From: Vicugna vicugna
Taxonomy: Eukaryota
Direction of reading: 5' to 3'
Assembly (NCBI GenBank): GCA_013265495.1
Contig: MU058289.1
Coordinates: 186,001 to 250,000 of the forward strand
DNA length: 64,000 nucleotides
Shown here: piece by piece, positions 29,707 to 42,592 of the stretch
How positions within the stretch are numbered: position 1 is the stretch's first letter
Layout: every line of letters begins with the position of its first letter
Notes under the pieces: generated by a model
The model's input: only the letters and a program-made list of their open reading frames with translations
The model's database searches: none
What the model was told of the DNA's origin: nothing
Program-made: the position numbers and the translations under genes

Positions 29707-30960
29707 ATGGCCCTGCCCCCACCTCTGAGCCCTAGGCCCTCTTCTGAGCCCTTCAGCCACGCCCCTGGAGCGCCTAGGGAGCTGGATACTGCTGAATGCA
29801 CCATCTACCCTGCATCTGGAGACGACAGAATCAGGTAGGAGCTGGTGTTTTTGAAACTTGGGTCCCAAAAGGGTGGGGGCAGTACCCCTTTTGAGGGTAG
29901 GAGATACTGTGAGTATGATCACCTGGGGACACGGGAGAGGTAGCTGGGATAGGGTAGATAATGGGCACCTAGGCTTACCCAGGGACCTGTCAATGTCCCC
30001 TACCAGGTTGGAACAGGCTCAGAAGCAGGGGCAGGTCTCCTTGGACCCTCCTGAGCACTTCCAGAGTGGACCGAGGGGCACCAAGCCTGCCACTGGCCTC
30101 CCCACATCTCCAACGTCCTCTTCCCAGGAGGACCCAACTGGGGCCAAACACTGTGAGGTGAGCTGGGGTGACCTGGGCCCCTCCCTGTGCCAGCTCCTAC
30201 CTCCTGTTGCTCTCCCAGAATTTGGCCTCCACACCAGGGATGAGGTGATGATTCTGGAAGAATGTTGGGCATCTGTTGGGGGAGGGATGCTCTGGACAAT
30301 GATTCTTTACCAATCACTATAGAAATATTTCAGTATTTACCAGCTGAGAATTATTTTTATCATTGGCCCATTCCTTGGCGGGGTTATCCAGCTCCATCAC
30401 CCCTTCCCTGTCCAGACCCGTAGGCCCTCCATATACACATTTCCAGAAACCTTGGAACCTGGAGAATTTGAACTAGAGGTTCTCAGGCCTGGCTCCACTG
30501 GGAGGTTTCTCTAGATGGGAGCAGCCCTGGTGCAGACCCAGTGATAGGCTCTGCTGCAGAGAAGCATCCAGAAGGCAGGAGCCTGCAGAAGAAGGGTGCA
30601 ATGGGAGTGGGGGCACATCTTAGTTGACTCGCCAGCCCTGACTCAGCTCTCTGTGTTCCCCAGCACTCCATCTCTGGCCAGGAGGTATTGGAGGCTGAGC
30701 AGGACAGCCTTCATCTTAGCCTTCTGGGGCTGGGCCTCCAGCTGCAGGACCTGGAGCGAGGCCTGGGGCCCTGGGCATCAGCCCAGAGCGGGATGGTCCA
30801 GCTGCAGGTGGGTAATGGGAAGCTAGGATGCGGGAGGGTGGGCAGGGCCTCAGGAGTGGGTGCCAGCTCCCTAGGGTAGGAAATGTGTTTATTCCATGTT
30901 CTAGGTTGGGAAGGGGAGGAGGGGTTGTAAATCCAGGTCCCAGGTCTCTGGTGCCCCTGG

Positions 30961-31006
<46 letters not shown>

Positions 31007-33551
31007 CCAGGTCCCAGGTTTCTGGTGCCCCTGGGGTGTGTGTGTGTGTGTGTGTGTGTAAATCCAGGTCCCAGGTCTCTGGTGCCCCTGGTGTGTGTGT
31101 GTGTGTGTGTGGATTGGGGAGGGGAGTGACGTCCAACTCTGTGTACCCAGGCCCTCCAGGCAGACCTCCGTGGGGCAGCTGAGCGTTTAGATGCACTGCT
31201 GGCATTCGGTGAGGGGCTGGCACAGCGGAGTGAGCCCCAAGCCCGGGCACCCCTGGAGCAGGTCCTGAGGGCCTTCAGAGCCCATCGAGACAGCATCTTC
31301 CGGCAGCTGTGGCGGCTGCAGGCCCAGATGGTCAGCTTCAGCCTGGTATGGACCACCCTGGAGGTCCCTGGTGCAGGCACGAGTCCCAACCCTCATGACC
31401 TCTGTCCTCTGACCAGGTGTTTGAGGATATCAACACACTGGAGCAGGACTTGGAGGTTGAGGGGGACTCAGACGGGCCAGGACATGGTAGGATCTGGGGG
31501 CCCTGGGCATCCGGTAGCCTCCCCACTCCTGCAGAGTTGGAGTGGGACCCGGCGGGGGACGTTGGGGGCCTCGGGCCTTTGGGGCGAAGGACAGCCTGGA
31601 CACCAGGGGCTCCCTGTGAGCTATGTGGCCACAGGGGCCCCTGGGGCAGGGGACAAAGCCTCGAGGTAAGAGCAGGTGGGGTCACCTCCCCCCAGGCACC
31701 CATGGACCCCTCTGTGTGCCTCCTAGCAGGGTCCTTCCCCTTTAAGGTTTTCATGGCTCTGTGTCTCCCTCTATCCCTCTCGGGGTCTATTTCTCTTTTG
31801 CTATCTCAGTGTTCCCTTCCCTCCCTCCCTTTGTCTCTCTTGGCCTCCATGTCTTCCTCCATCTCACTCTGTTTCCTTCTGTTGTGTCTACATTTCCTCA
31901 TTTCCTCTATCTCCCTCACTCACCCTAAGGGGCCACGCTATTCCAAAATCACTCCCATCTCAAAGCCCCCCAGTGCATGCCCAGCTTACCTCCTCATTCA
32001 TTCGTCTCTCCTCAAATGTTACCTCTTCAGGGAGGCCTGTTCTGGCCTCCAAATATTATTGCTCCTTATCCTCTGACTTTATTTCCTAACTGCACTTACC
32101 ACATCTTGACTTTATACATTTGTTTATTAACTTATGGTCTCTCCCTCTCTCCTGCTAGAATGTAAACTTCATGGATGCCAGGACTTTGTCTGTTTCTACA
32201 TCCACTGTGTCCCCAGCTCCTAGAACTGTACCTGGCATGTAACAGACACTCATTAAATATTTGTTGAATGAATGAATAAATAATGTCTCCCTTCTCTTGC
32301 TTTCTTTGGCTCTGTCCCTCTCTTCATCTCTCCCCGCGATCTCTTTCCCCAGAGTCTCATCTCTACAACACCCACCCCCCATCTAGGTCCTTTCCCAACC
32401 TTGTGTGTCTTTGTCACTGGTTCTCCAAGGACCTCACCACTCTCTCCTCTAAAAGGACATGCTCATGTCAGGCCTCAACCATCGGAAACACTTAGCAGGT
32501 CATCGAAGACGCTCCCTGCTCCGGAAGTCCCAGGTGAGCTGGTCCTCAACCAGGTGTATCACTCAGGAATCTCGATGGCAAGTGACAGCAACCCAACCCA
32601 AGTTGAGTTACATAAAAAAGGGGATGCTATTTTTTTCATGTGACTGAAAAGTCCAGGTGCTGTTGAATTCCAGACCACAGCTGCTGTCAGGGCTGGACTC
32701 TGCTTCTCCAAGGTGGATTCCTTCTCAGCAAAATGGCTGCCCCAGCAGCAACGTACTCACTTCCCACTGGCTTCCCCACCCCAGGAGGAGAGAGTGTCAC
32801 TGTACCTACCTGCAGTTAAAGTCCTAGGGCTGACTCCAGCTTCCCCAACTTGAGTCATGGCCTAGATCTAAAACCAATCACAGTAGCCAAGCTGATGGAG
32901 GGCTGCGATTGGCCAGGTCTAGGTCACATGCCTAATCATGGAAGTGGAGTCCTGAGGTCAGGAGAGTGGAGAGGTATGACACCCACCCCTACCAGTTGAA
33001 CCACTGTTACCAGGAAAAGGGGGATTGGATGAAGGGCAGGCACAAACAGACATCCACTACACTTGGAGGTATTCCAAGCCTGTGTGGGGTCCTGGGGATG
33101 GAGGGGGTGCTAGGAAAGGAGGAGAAATAAGCTCAGCTCTGTAGGTCTACAGCAGTAAGGGAAAGACCACATTAAGTGCCACTTCCACCCATTTTAATGC
33201 TGGCTGCTATCTACCCTTAGGACAAGATGAGACAAGTATCTCCCAATCTCCAGGATGTGATGCTAGAGGTAGACCCTGGGTGAGATGCCTGGAAGATGGG
33301 TATGGGGGGTGTGGGGGACAGGGCTCATGGTGGCAGCCCAGCCACACATTTAACACTACATTTCCCTTCACAGAGCCCCCAGTTCTACATCCAGGCGGCC
33401 CCTGACCTTCCTCCTTCTCTTCCTCTTCCTTCTCCTGGTGGGTGCCATGTTGCTCCTCCCCACATTAGGAGGCTCCTGCTGCTCTCCTGCCCGACTGGCC
33501 AGGACACCTTACCTGGTGCTCAGCTATGTCAATGGTCCCCCCCCAATCTGA
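29707..33551 (+). CDS. SYNE4: Nesprin-4 (KASH-domain protein), ~393 aa
   Basis: Exons 29707-29834, 30007-30157, 30664-30807, 31151-31345, 31417-31665, 32456-32533, 33221-33279, 33374-33551; total 1182 nt. Spectrin-like helix, LEWD kinesin-light-chain motif (ELEWDPAGD), TM helix, KASH terminus YVNGPPPI. The exon 6 acceptor is the least certain boundary. Confidence 0.94.
30927..31111. repeat. Compound VNTR: 3 x [34-bp unit + (TG)n] in SYNE4 intron 3
   Basis: GTAAATCCAGGTCCCAGGT(C/T)TCTGGTGCCCCTGG at 30927, 31001 and 31058, each followed by a TG run. Confidence 0.95.
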
Positions 33552-33570
33552 GTACAGTCCAGATATACGT

Positions 33571-33576
33571 AATAAA
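33571..33576 (+). terminator. SYNE4 polyadenylation signal
   Basis: AATAAA 20 nt after the stop codon. Confidence 0.75.
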
Positions 33577-33594
33577 CAGTTGCCATCAAAGGAT

Positions 33595-33950
33595 GTGTCT
33601 GTCTGTTCCAGCTGCTGTAATAAAATGATGTAGACTGGGTGGCTTATGAACAATAGAAATTGATTTCCCACAGCTGAAAAGTCCAAGATCAAGGTGCTGG
33701 TAGATTCAGTGTCTGATGAAGACCCTCCTCCTGGTTCATAGATGGCCATCTTCTCGCTGTGGCCTCACATGGAAGAAGGGGCAAGCAGCTGTCCGGGTCT
33801 CTTTTATGAGGGCACCAATCCCTTTCATGAGGGTGGAGCCCTCATGACCTAATCACCTCCCAAGGGCCCCACCTCCCAATACTATCACTTAGAGGATTAG
33901 GATTTCAAGATACGAATTTTGAGGGGACCCAAACATTCAGTCTATAGCAG
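33595..33950. mobile_element. MaLR (MLT1-like) LTR
   Basis: Recalled MLT1 motifs (gtccaagatcaaggtgctgg; catgacctaatcacctcccaagggccccacctcccaatac). Confidence 0.65.
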
Positions 33951-35784
33951 GATGTGTGAGGACCCTGGGTGTCCAAGGATTGAGAATCTAGGAAATGGTC
34001 TTGATACATCTGGACGCCCCCTCCATAGATCGCTTTGCCTTGAGCATAGAACACAGAACAGAATCAGCCCACATTGGGTTGGGTTCCCCCAGAACCTGCA
34101 CAAAGACTCAGGCACAGGTAGCTTTTTTGGGGAGGTGATCCTAAGCAGATTGACAGGGAAGTGGGAAGTGAGCCAGGGAAGGGAGTTAATGAGCTAGTTG
34201 CTGCTCTGGGCACGTGGGGTGCCATCCCCCTGGGGAACTCTGGGAGACTAGAACACATTCAAAGTTGTTCTACCCAAGAGGTAAAGAGGTTGTGGCATGT
34301 GTACCAGCTCCCATCTCTCACTGGTTAAGGACTGTTTCTGGAGATGTTAACTCCCAGCACTTCCAGCCTCTCCTGCCTGTAAAAGACCCTTAGGCAAAGA
34401 GGCACAGATGCTTGCCACAGGAAGCTAGAGGAAGGGTGCAAGTGTACAGGAGGGGTGCAGGTGATGTGGATGGGTTGCCAATAGCTCCTGACCTGCATTC
34501 AACCAGGAGCTCTGTTTAAACATTCTACATGGTGGGCTTCCAGGCTGGCCAGCACTGGTGCAGGACTGTGAAAGCTCTCCTCTCCCAGGTCTTGACGACA
34601 CCAAGCTGAATTGCCAGGGCTTAGACCCGGAGTCCATTCCCCAGCCTCAGGTATCTAAGCTCACCCTGTCCCCAGAGTTTAAGACATCAGGACAAGAGGT
34701 GGGGCAGACTCAGACTCAGGAACAGAGGCAGGAGCCCTGTGCTAGGCTCCTGGATATGCCCTTAAGACAGATCCTTTCACCTTTAATTCTCATAACCACT
34801 GTGATATGTCCCTGCTTAACGGAATGGGAAACTGAGGCTCTAGAGGGGAAGCCCCTAGTCTGAGGCCACACAGGGAGCAAGTGACTGAAGCCTAATCCCA
34901 CTGATTTAAAAAGAAGTGGGAATTTATTTTTGTGAGTAACAGAAAAGGTCAGGACTGCAAGCATAGCTGGATCCAGGGGCTCAGTTCTTTCCTTTGTTTT
35001 GGCTTCATTCTTATCCGAGTGGTGGCCAGAGTGCCCCACAAAGCCCCCAAGCAGACATCCCACCAATTTGGCAGCCGATAGGAGAGTTACTTGTCCCTTA
35101 CAGTTCCAACCAAAGCCCCACGTGCTTTGCTGGGCCTGCAGTCAGCCTTGCCTGAACCATGAAAACAGGGGGAGGAGTGGTTCTCCAAAAATAGTCAGGG
35201 AACTGTTACCAGATGGGGAATGGACACTGAGGGAGTGGGGCGGGAAGCAGCAGATGCTGGGAGTTACTCCAGGTTCTGGGAGAAGTCAAGATGCAAACCT
35301 GGGTCTGTTCTGTTTCAAATGGGAGACCGGGTCTCTGTTCCCAACCAAGGAGGAGACGTGGTCTCCCTGGGGTCACCAGCTAATAAGATAGTCTTGGTAA
35401 TACTGACCCAACCAACCAGGCAATGGAGCAAGTTGTATCATTCGTTCACTCATTCATTTAGTATTGACTAAATGTCTGCTATGAACCAGGTCCTGGTCAA
35501 AGAGCAGGGCTATGACCCTGAACAAGGCAGGCTAAGATCCTGGTCCATGTTGCTGACATTCCAGTCGGGGAAAGCTAACAATAAGTAAAACAGACAGGCA
35601 AAATCTGTCACAGATCAGATAGTGAAAGATGCTAAGGAGAAAACTAAAGCGTGCAAAGGCAGGGTGTGTGTGTGCAATTTAATTAGGATGGATGAGGAAG
35701 GAATCAGGGAGACAATTATTATGCAACAATTATGTCATTATATCAAATTGCAGTGAGGACACGAGCCACAGGGACTCCTAGAGG

Positions 35785-36240
35785 GGGGCTGTCTGATAGA
35801 AATACAACGTGAACCACGAATATAATTTTGAATTTCCTGTCACAGTAAAACAGTAGAAACAGGTGAAATTAATTTTAATAATTTAATTTATACTCTAACC
35901 CAACATATCCAAAATATCACTTCAACATGTCATCAGTATAAAAATAGAGGTCTTTTACAATCCTTTTTTTCTTCCTGCATCTTTGAAATCTGGTGTGTGT
36001 TTTATACTTTTTAGCACATCTCAATTTGGACACCTTAATTTGCAACAGATAAAATGAAATGTAGTGCTACCAAGACAATACAACTGTGTTTAATGACAAA
36101 ATATTTTACACTGCTTCAATTTTAAGTTTAAATTATTTAAAGTTTATAAAAATTAAAAAAAAATTCCCTGGTTGCAATAATCACATTTAAAATGCTCAAG
36201 TCACAGGTAGCTCCCAGCTACTGTACTGGACAGTGCAGAC
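35785..36240. mobile_element. hAT-Charlie MER33-like DNA transposon fossil
   Basis: Ends gggctgtc...gatagaaat and tggacagtgcag; AT-rich interior. Confidence 0.5.
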
Positions 36241-39159
36241 CTGGAAGAACATTCCAGGTAAAGGGAACAGCAAGTACAAAGGCCCTGAGGTAGGATTTTG
36301 CCTGGCACATGGGAAGGCCAGTGCGGCTGGAGCGTGAATGGTGGAGTGGGCGACTGGACAGAGGTAAGGTGAAAGAGGCAATGGAGCCAGATCAGGTGGA
36401 CTGTGGACCACAGTGAGGACTTCTAGTCTGCATGAGATGGGCACGGGAGGGTTTTTGGTTGCTGTTTTTTCAACTTTCATTCTGGGAATTTTTGAACTTG
36501 TACAAAAGGGGAAGGAACAGCATTACAAGTCCTTGTGGACTCATCACTGACTCTGATCATTAGCAACTCAGGGCACCTCTCAGGTGCCCACTCCCCTCTT
36601 CCTAGATTACTTTGAAGCCAGTTCTAGATATCATACCCTTTTTTTCACCAACAATTCATGGAGCATCTCCAGAAGATCGATTCTGTTTTAAAACCCAATC
36701 ACAACACTCCTATCACTGTAAAGACAATTCCAGTCATTCCTCCACATCATCATCCCTCAGATGTCGCTGTCGGAGGGAGCTGAGCAGGAGAGGTGGGAAC
36801 TCATGGGTGTGCCTGGTGACTCCTCATGGGGTACTGTGAGTGTCCCAGAATTCCCCAAAGCCCCACTGGGCCACCTCGTGCTCCTGGTCATTGGCTTGGC
36901 CCCTTTGGGACCACTGAGTTTGTGACCCAAGACAAGGACATATTCTAGTGACCTGTCATTCCCAATAGAGTGGAGATCAGAATCTGTAAGGGAGAGCAGA
37001 TGTTATTTCCAAGTTCAGAAACTTAATTGAAATTGATGGCTAAGTCTGTCAAGAAGTTATGTACAGGAGTTAATAAAGTCTCAGAAAATACAGGCTTTCC
37101 TTTTCTCAAATCTCTTGAAAAAATGCGCCCTCTGTACGAAGATCTCTGGTGCTCAAAGATAAATGACCAGTGACACATTGATATGACCATTGTCTATTTT
37201 GTTTTTTGTAACTTTAAGTTTTGTTTCAAGTTAATGAAAAGTTTTAAGACTAGTACTACAAAGCCCCATACACCCTTTACCCACATTCATCAATTGTTAA
37301 CATTTTACCTCATGGGCTTCACCACTTGGTCTCACTGATATGTATGTGCACATATTTTTGGAACCATTTGAGAGTAACTATACTTGAGCATATAGTTCTT
37401 AAGATCAAGGGCATCCCCTTACACAACTAGAGTACAATTAAGGGAATCAGGAAATGTAATAACTCAATTCATTCAATGACTGCTGTCCCTCACAAGCTTC
37501 TGTTTGCTCCTGAGGGCATTAACCCACTTCACATAACTCAAGAAAGCCCTTAAGCAGAAGAGCAGGATTGCAGGGGCTCAGAGTAGGAAGCTGGCAGCCT
37601 CTAGAGAACCCTCTTGTGCAGCTACAAGTGAACACAAATAGGCAGGAGAGTTATGGGGTTGGGACATTATCATCTGCTGCCACATGTATTTCACTATTTC
37701 ATCATTAACAGCCACATGAGGGAGGCACCATTAGCACGCCCATTTTGCAGATAAGGGTGTTGAGGCACAAAGAGGTTAAATCACTTGCCTATGATCATGT
37801 AATCAGTAAGCGTTGGAACTGGGGTTTAAACCCAGGCATTCCATTTCCAGAGTCTATCATCACTGCTCACTCACCTACAATCTCCTCCCTCAAATCGGGC
37901 ATTCTCCTCCCCCATCCTCTTTACCAGGCAAACTCCATTCACTGGTAATACCCAGGTGAATGTCTCCCTTCCTGACCAGGATGCCCGGCCCCAGTGGGAA
38001 CTCGATCAAGGCTTGCAGCCCTGCCAGAAGCTCCCATCCTGGAGTTTATTAGGGCTCAAGATCTTGGAGTCAGAAGTGAGCAAGATGGGGGGGAGGAAAC
38101 AGAAGTGAGGAAGAGGGAGATTAAAGGTGGAGACATAACGGGGGCGAGATGGGTAGGACTCAACCCCCTTACCCACTTTCAAGACTCTGGTTTTTACTCT
38201 GAAATGGAGCCAGGCCAGGAGTAACTGCATCACCCTGCTGAAAAACAGGCTGCGAGAGATGAACGTGGCTGAGGAGGTTTGAGTACCAACCAGAGACAAA
38301 GCTGAAGTAGAAGCCACATGCACAAACCTCACAGCCTGTGCTCTGGGGCACTCCAAGTCCCAGCTGGGCCCCTGCATTTCTCCCCTTTGTCCTCTCCAGG
38401 CCTCTACCCACACTGGTCCTCCTGCTTAAAAGTCTATCCCTACCTTCTGGCAAACACCTTATAATTCTTCACATTTCAATTCCACCTTATAACTATTCGA
38501 GTACCTCCTCCCCCACTGGGATTGGGGCAGAGATTGTTTCTCATCTGTCCATCCTCCCTTTGGTCCGAGGTCTGGGCTCCTTTCCTAAGGCCTTCCTCCT
38601 CCTCTCAACTGCATCTTGCTAAGAATTCAACTGCTTTCCATTTATTTAACAGACATGGGTGCAAATACAGCTGAGGGCTGCAAAATGCAGTACCCCAGAG
38701 AATGTCTAGAGCAGGTCCATGTGAGGACATGGGAGGAGGTATGCCTGTGGCCCAGGGTCTCTCTCTCTCCTCCCCTACCCCTGGGCGTTGCTAACAAAAA
38801 TCTCGGCCTATAGCTGAGGCTGGACTCAGTCAGGTTTGAGGGCCCCGCCACTGCCTCAGGGATTACCAGCCAGGCCTCCTCCGCTCCACCATTTCCTCTC
38901 CTGCTTCACTACTCTCCATTAAGGAGTCAACTGGGGCTTCTTTGGGGTCAAGTCAGGGTGGGTTCCCTCCATGGGTCTGCTCAGGAGAACTATGCTAATC
39001 CAACCAATCTGCCAATCTAGAGGCTCCAGAGGGGGAAGAGACAGCTCCCCACACCCATCCCCTCCCAGAGGGTCACTTCTTGGTATGTTGGAGGGGGGAC
39101 ACTTCAAAAACCCCCAAACACATTAAGACCACCAAAAGGGAAGTAAGCAAATCCCCAAT

Positions 39160-39165
39160 TTTATT
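39160..39165 (-). terminator. SDHAF1 polyadenylation signal
   Basis: TTTATT on + (AATAAA on -) ~650 nt downstream of the stop. Confidence 0.7.
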
Positions 39166-39809
39166 CCCTTTGTCCAACAGTCCTGAGCAGGAAAGTGGGC
39201 AGGAGTTGGGGCTCCCCCTCAGAACCATCATGTAGAGGTCTTGGGGAGGTCTTTAATTGATTAGCTGAAGTGAAAGAACCCTAGCCCCTTCCTCACCGGT
39301 CCAAGTTTGTCACAATGGGGCAAAGGTTTTTCTAAGGGGGATTCCAGACTTCTCATCCTCCATCAGGGTATCTTTTCAAACTCCTCAGCAAAAAGTCTGT
39401 TCTTTTCAGAGTTAAATACAGAGGAAGGGAGTTTCCTTGAGGAACCAGGAGTAGGTATGTTCTCAGGAGTCAAGAGAGGGGCATGTCAGTTTCTTTCTGT
39501 CCAACAGCCGGGCGTCCCGGCTCCCCAGGCCTGAGGGTAAGTAGCTCTCAGCTTGAGAGTCCAGCCAGCCGGCGACCCAGGCCGCCCCAAGCCTTCATGG
39601 GGAAGTTTGACCCGTTACCATACAACGGGCAAGGTCGGGCATCTCTCGCCATCGGACCCTTCATCATCAAGAGGGCTCTCCAGTATCCCCAGTCTGTCGA
39701 TCTAGTCTCTTAAGACCGCTCACCTTCCATCAGGCGGGTTCCCTGGTCCCCCCACGCAGTCAGGCGGGCCCCTCGTTCCCCTGGGCCATCGGGCGAGCCC
39801 TTCTGCCAG

Positions 39810-40166
39810 TCACCGTCCTTCGGACGGGGTCTCCGGTGCCCCCATGCTGTCAAGCGGTCTCCTTGGACCGTCATCAGCGTCAGGCGGAGTCCCTGGGGTT
39901 CCCGCGTCACGGGTCGCCTCGGTCGGGTCCCCCAAACGCACGAAGGCGCCCATGGCCTTGGCGTGGCCGGAGCGTAGCAGCTGGAGCTGGCGGCGCCCGC
40001 GGCGGTACAGGTACTCAATGCGCAGTACGTCGGAGCGTGGCAGGCCGGCGTGCTGCCGGAATTCGGCCCGCACCCGCGCCTCGGCGCCCGGCTTCCCGCG
40101 CCCGGCGCGCAGTAGCTCGCGGTACAGACTCAGAACTTGTCTCTGCAGCCGGCTGGGGCGACTCAT
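39810..40166 (-). CDS. SDHAF1: Succinate dehydrogenase assembly factor 1 (LYR-motif protein), 118 aa, single coding exon
   Basis: [20 protein letters not shown]...AEFR...[12 protein letters not shown] with LYR motifs; ACCATGA start context; lies in a CpG island. Confidence 0.97.
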   Translation of the reverse strand: MSRPSRLQRQVLSLYRELLRAGRGKPGAEARVRAEFRQHAGLPRSDVLRIEYLYRRGRRQLQLLRSGHAKAMGAFVRLGDPTEATRDAGTPGTPPDADDGPRRPLDSMGAPETPSEGR

Positions 40167-40199
40167 GGTTACAGCTGGGCCGCGGGAGCACACAGTCAA

Positions 40200-40350
40200 C
40201 GCGTCACAAAGTCGTGCGGCAGCACTGCTGGGAAAAGCGGCGTTGCAAGGCAACAGGCACTTCCGCCTCTTGCTATGAGGCACCGTCGCATCCCATTGGC
40301 TGTCGCTGTAGTTACATCACAATGTCGCGAGTAAGGGGCGGGGCCTCTGA
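40200..40350 (-). promoter_or_regulatory. SDHAF1: SDHAF1 promoter
   Basis: CpG island with ETS/GABP-like CACTTCCG ~40258-40265, CCAAT (CATTGG ~40294-40299) and GC box GGGGCGGGG ~40335-40343. Confidence 0.65.
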
Positions 40351-40601
40351 ATTACTGGCCCACCCAACAGGGAATAGGTGTCCTTGTGAGGACAGTAGTT
40401 CTGAGGCGGTCAGACTCTAAGGTTTGGGGTTGGAAGGAAACAGGGTGTCCTGACTTAACTCCCGGGTCCTGGGAGAGGAGAGGGACAGGCACAAGCATGT
40501 TTTTTGCCACGTTATTTATTAAAGCAATCTCCGTGCGTCCTCACCCCCGGGGCAGGTGTGCGTTGAGGGTCCCAACCCTGCGGACGCACAGAGGGACGAT
40601 G

Positions 40602-41050
40602 TCAGGCGCTGAAGTGTTGGGTCATAGCCGGCACTACAAGCTCAGTGCTGTAGGAAGACGAGCTTAGAGAGATGGTGTGGGCTGCAATCCCCTAAAGGCA
40701 GCCTGTAGCGCAGGGAGCTGGGCTGGTAGCGCCCTCTGCCGATGTGAGTCGGACCCGGGGGTAGAAGAGGGAGGGGCCTCACCAGCTGTTGAAGCCCCAA
40801 GTCCAGCATGCTTGGGACACGTCGACCAGGCTGGCACCCCGGTGTCCTCCAGGGAGTATCAGGTCATCCGTCGCAATTCGTTGTAGTCCCCAGAGGCTAC
40901 GCGGAGGCGTCCTCGTAGCACTGGGGAGGCCCGCAAGGCCATGGCCCCCTTGGTCCCTACCAGCACCTGGAGCGTAGGGTACCTCGCCTAGCTTGCGACC
41001 ACGCCTCCGCACAACTGGGTAGCAAGCTGCGTGGGGCGTCAGTTCCTTTG
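40602..41050 (-). pseudogene. FCGBP-like last two exon relics (terminal VWD second half and stop)
   Basis: ~41050-40783 gives frameshifted SL..GDYN..IATDDLILPGG...WTWGFNS then GTGAGG donor. Acceptor at 40648-40649, then C-TELVVPAMTQHFSA, TGA (40602-40604). AATAAA on - at 40515-40520. Confidence 0.65.
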
Positions 41051-41170
41051 TGGAGAGCGGAGGCGGGTCAGGGGCTGGGATGAGGGCCGGAGTCCGGGAA
41101 TCAAAGGGGAACTCAGAAACCGCTGTGAATCCCGCCCGCCCGTGTCTCTATCAGAAATGCATATTCATCT

Positions 41171-41320
41171 GGGGGGAGGGTATAGCTCAGTAGTAGAGTG
41201 TGTACCTAGCATTCATGAGGTCCTGGGTTCAATCTCCAGTACCTCCATTAAAACAAAACAAAACAAAACATAAACCTAATTACCTCTTGCCCCCAAAGAA
41301 ATAGATTTTTAAAAAATAAT
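41171..41320 (+). mobile_element. tRNA-derived SINE (camelid Vic-1-like)
   Basis: A box TAGCTCAGTAG, B box GGTTCAATC, A-rich tail; 13-bp TSD AAATGCATATTCA at 41155-41167 and 41321-41333. Confidence 0.85.
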
Positions 41321-42559
41321 AAATGCATATTCAGGTCTTTGCTAGAGGAATAAGTTCTGAGATTTTCTTCAGAATCCTCCAACACAAACAAAACAAAAAG
41401 AGTGGGAGGAAAAGATGCCTTAAAGGAAGAATGGCAAAATATTTGTAACCATAATGGGGTTTCATAACACTATTCTCTCTTCTTTTGTGATGCTTGAAAT
41501 TTTCTATAATGAACTCTTTCTTAAAAGGAAGCTTTAGAGAGAAAAAAAGCCTCTAGAATCTGTCATATCTCTCTCACCTGTGTCTTCATAATCTAATAAC
41601 TATTTACTGAGCACATACTCTGTTCCAGGCACTATTCCAAGGGCTTTATAAATATTTATCTTATAATGTGTAACACAGTATGTCAACATAATATGCAATA
41701 TAATAGAATGCAATTGATTTTTAATATATTGTCACGTAATTTATATTTTATGTAATACATTTATTTTAAAATAGTGACTATTTAAAGTAGTTTATTAAAC
41801 ATTTAATATTTTAAGTGATATTAAATCCTCACCAACACTCTGACAATCTAGATCTGCAGCACCATATACCTTCTGCCTCCTAGGAAACTAGGGCCAGAAA
41901 AGTAACATAGCCTGCCTAGGTTTACATAGCTGGTAAGTGGCAGAGTCAGGTTTTCGAAACCTAGGGGTCTGACTTCATGTCCTGTGTTTTTAGCCACTCT
42001 GCTATCTATACTGTCTCTCCAAAAGATAATATAAAAGTGGCTGCTAGAGCTATCACAGCTTATACTTATTGAGTACTTATGCCAAGCCTCTTACTTTATC
42101 TTCACAGCTACCCTATGCAGTGGATAGTGTTATCACCACTTTTAGTGGATGAGGAAACAGGCATAGAGACTGAGTCACTTACCCAAAGTTACACTAGAAT
42201 TCTAAGAAACATAGTCGGAGTCTCTTGACCCTCTAGCCAAAGGCTCTGGCTTAGCTTACCTGCTAGGTTGTGGCAGATACCCAAGCAGTTCTCTTGCTGG
42301 TCCATCCCCCCATTCCTACAAGTAGCCTTGAACTCACAGGTGATTCTATTTCTCATCAAGGGATTTCAAGTTTGTTTCCCCTTATAAATACTACCCATTT
42401 TGCAGGCCTGGATTCTAGTTCTTCTGTGGCTCTCCTGCTTCCGTGTTCCTTGGGGACCCAGGGGTCTCTACCCTGGCATCTTTCCCTGCTGGGTTTCCGA
42501 CCTCTCCTAGTCTGGCTTCTTCCCATTAGCACTTAAACATCCCCAAGTTTCTCCCATCT

Positions 42560-42560
42560 C

Positions 42561-42592
<32 letters not shown>
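42560..42592. repeat. (CAA)n microsatellite
   Basis: Perfect CAA run of ~11 units. Confidence 0.95.

Noticed and set aside
30927..31111. Repeat-spacer pattern superficially like a CRISPR array
   Set aside because: Mammalian intron; the 'spacers' are TG microsatellites and there are no cas genes.
39810..40283. 157-aa N-terminally extended SDHAF1 ORF in the track
   Set aside because: It starts at GTG inside the promoter; the conserved start is the ATG at 40166.
39836..40420. Long + strand ORFs antisense to SDHAF1 (likewise those antisense to THAP8 exon 3 and the last ALKBH6 exon)
   Set aside because: Expected by chance in GC-rich sequence opposite real coding exons; no recognisable domains.
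41171..41245. tRNA-like sequence with A and B boxes (also 55805-55878)
   Set aside because: Followed by an A-rich tail and flanked by TSDs, so it is a SINE head and not a tRNA gene.
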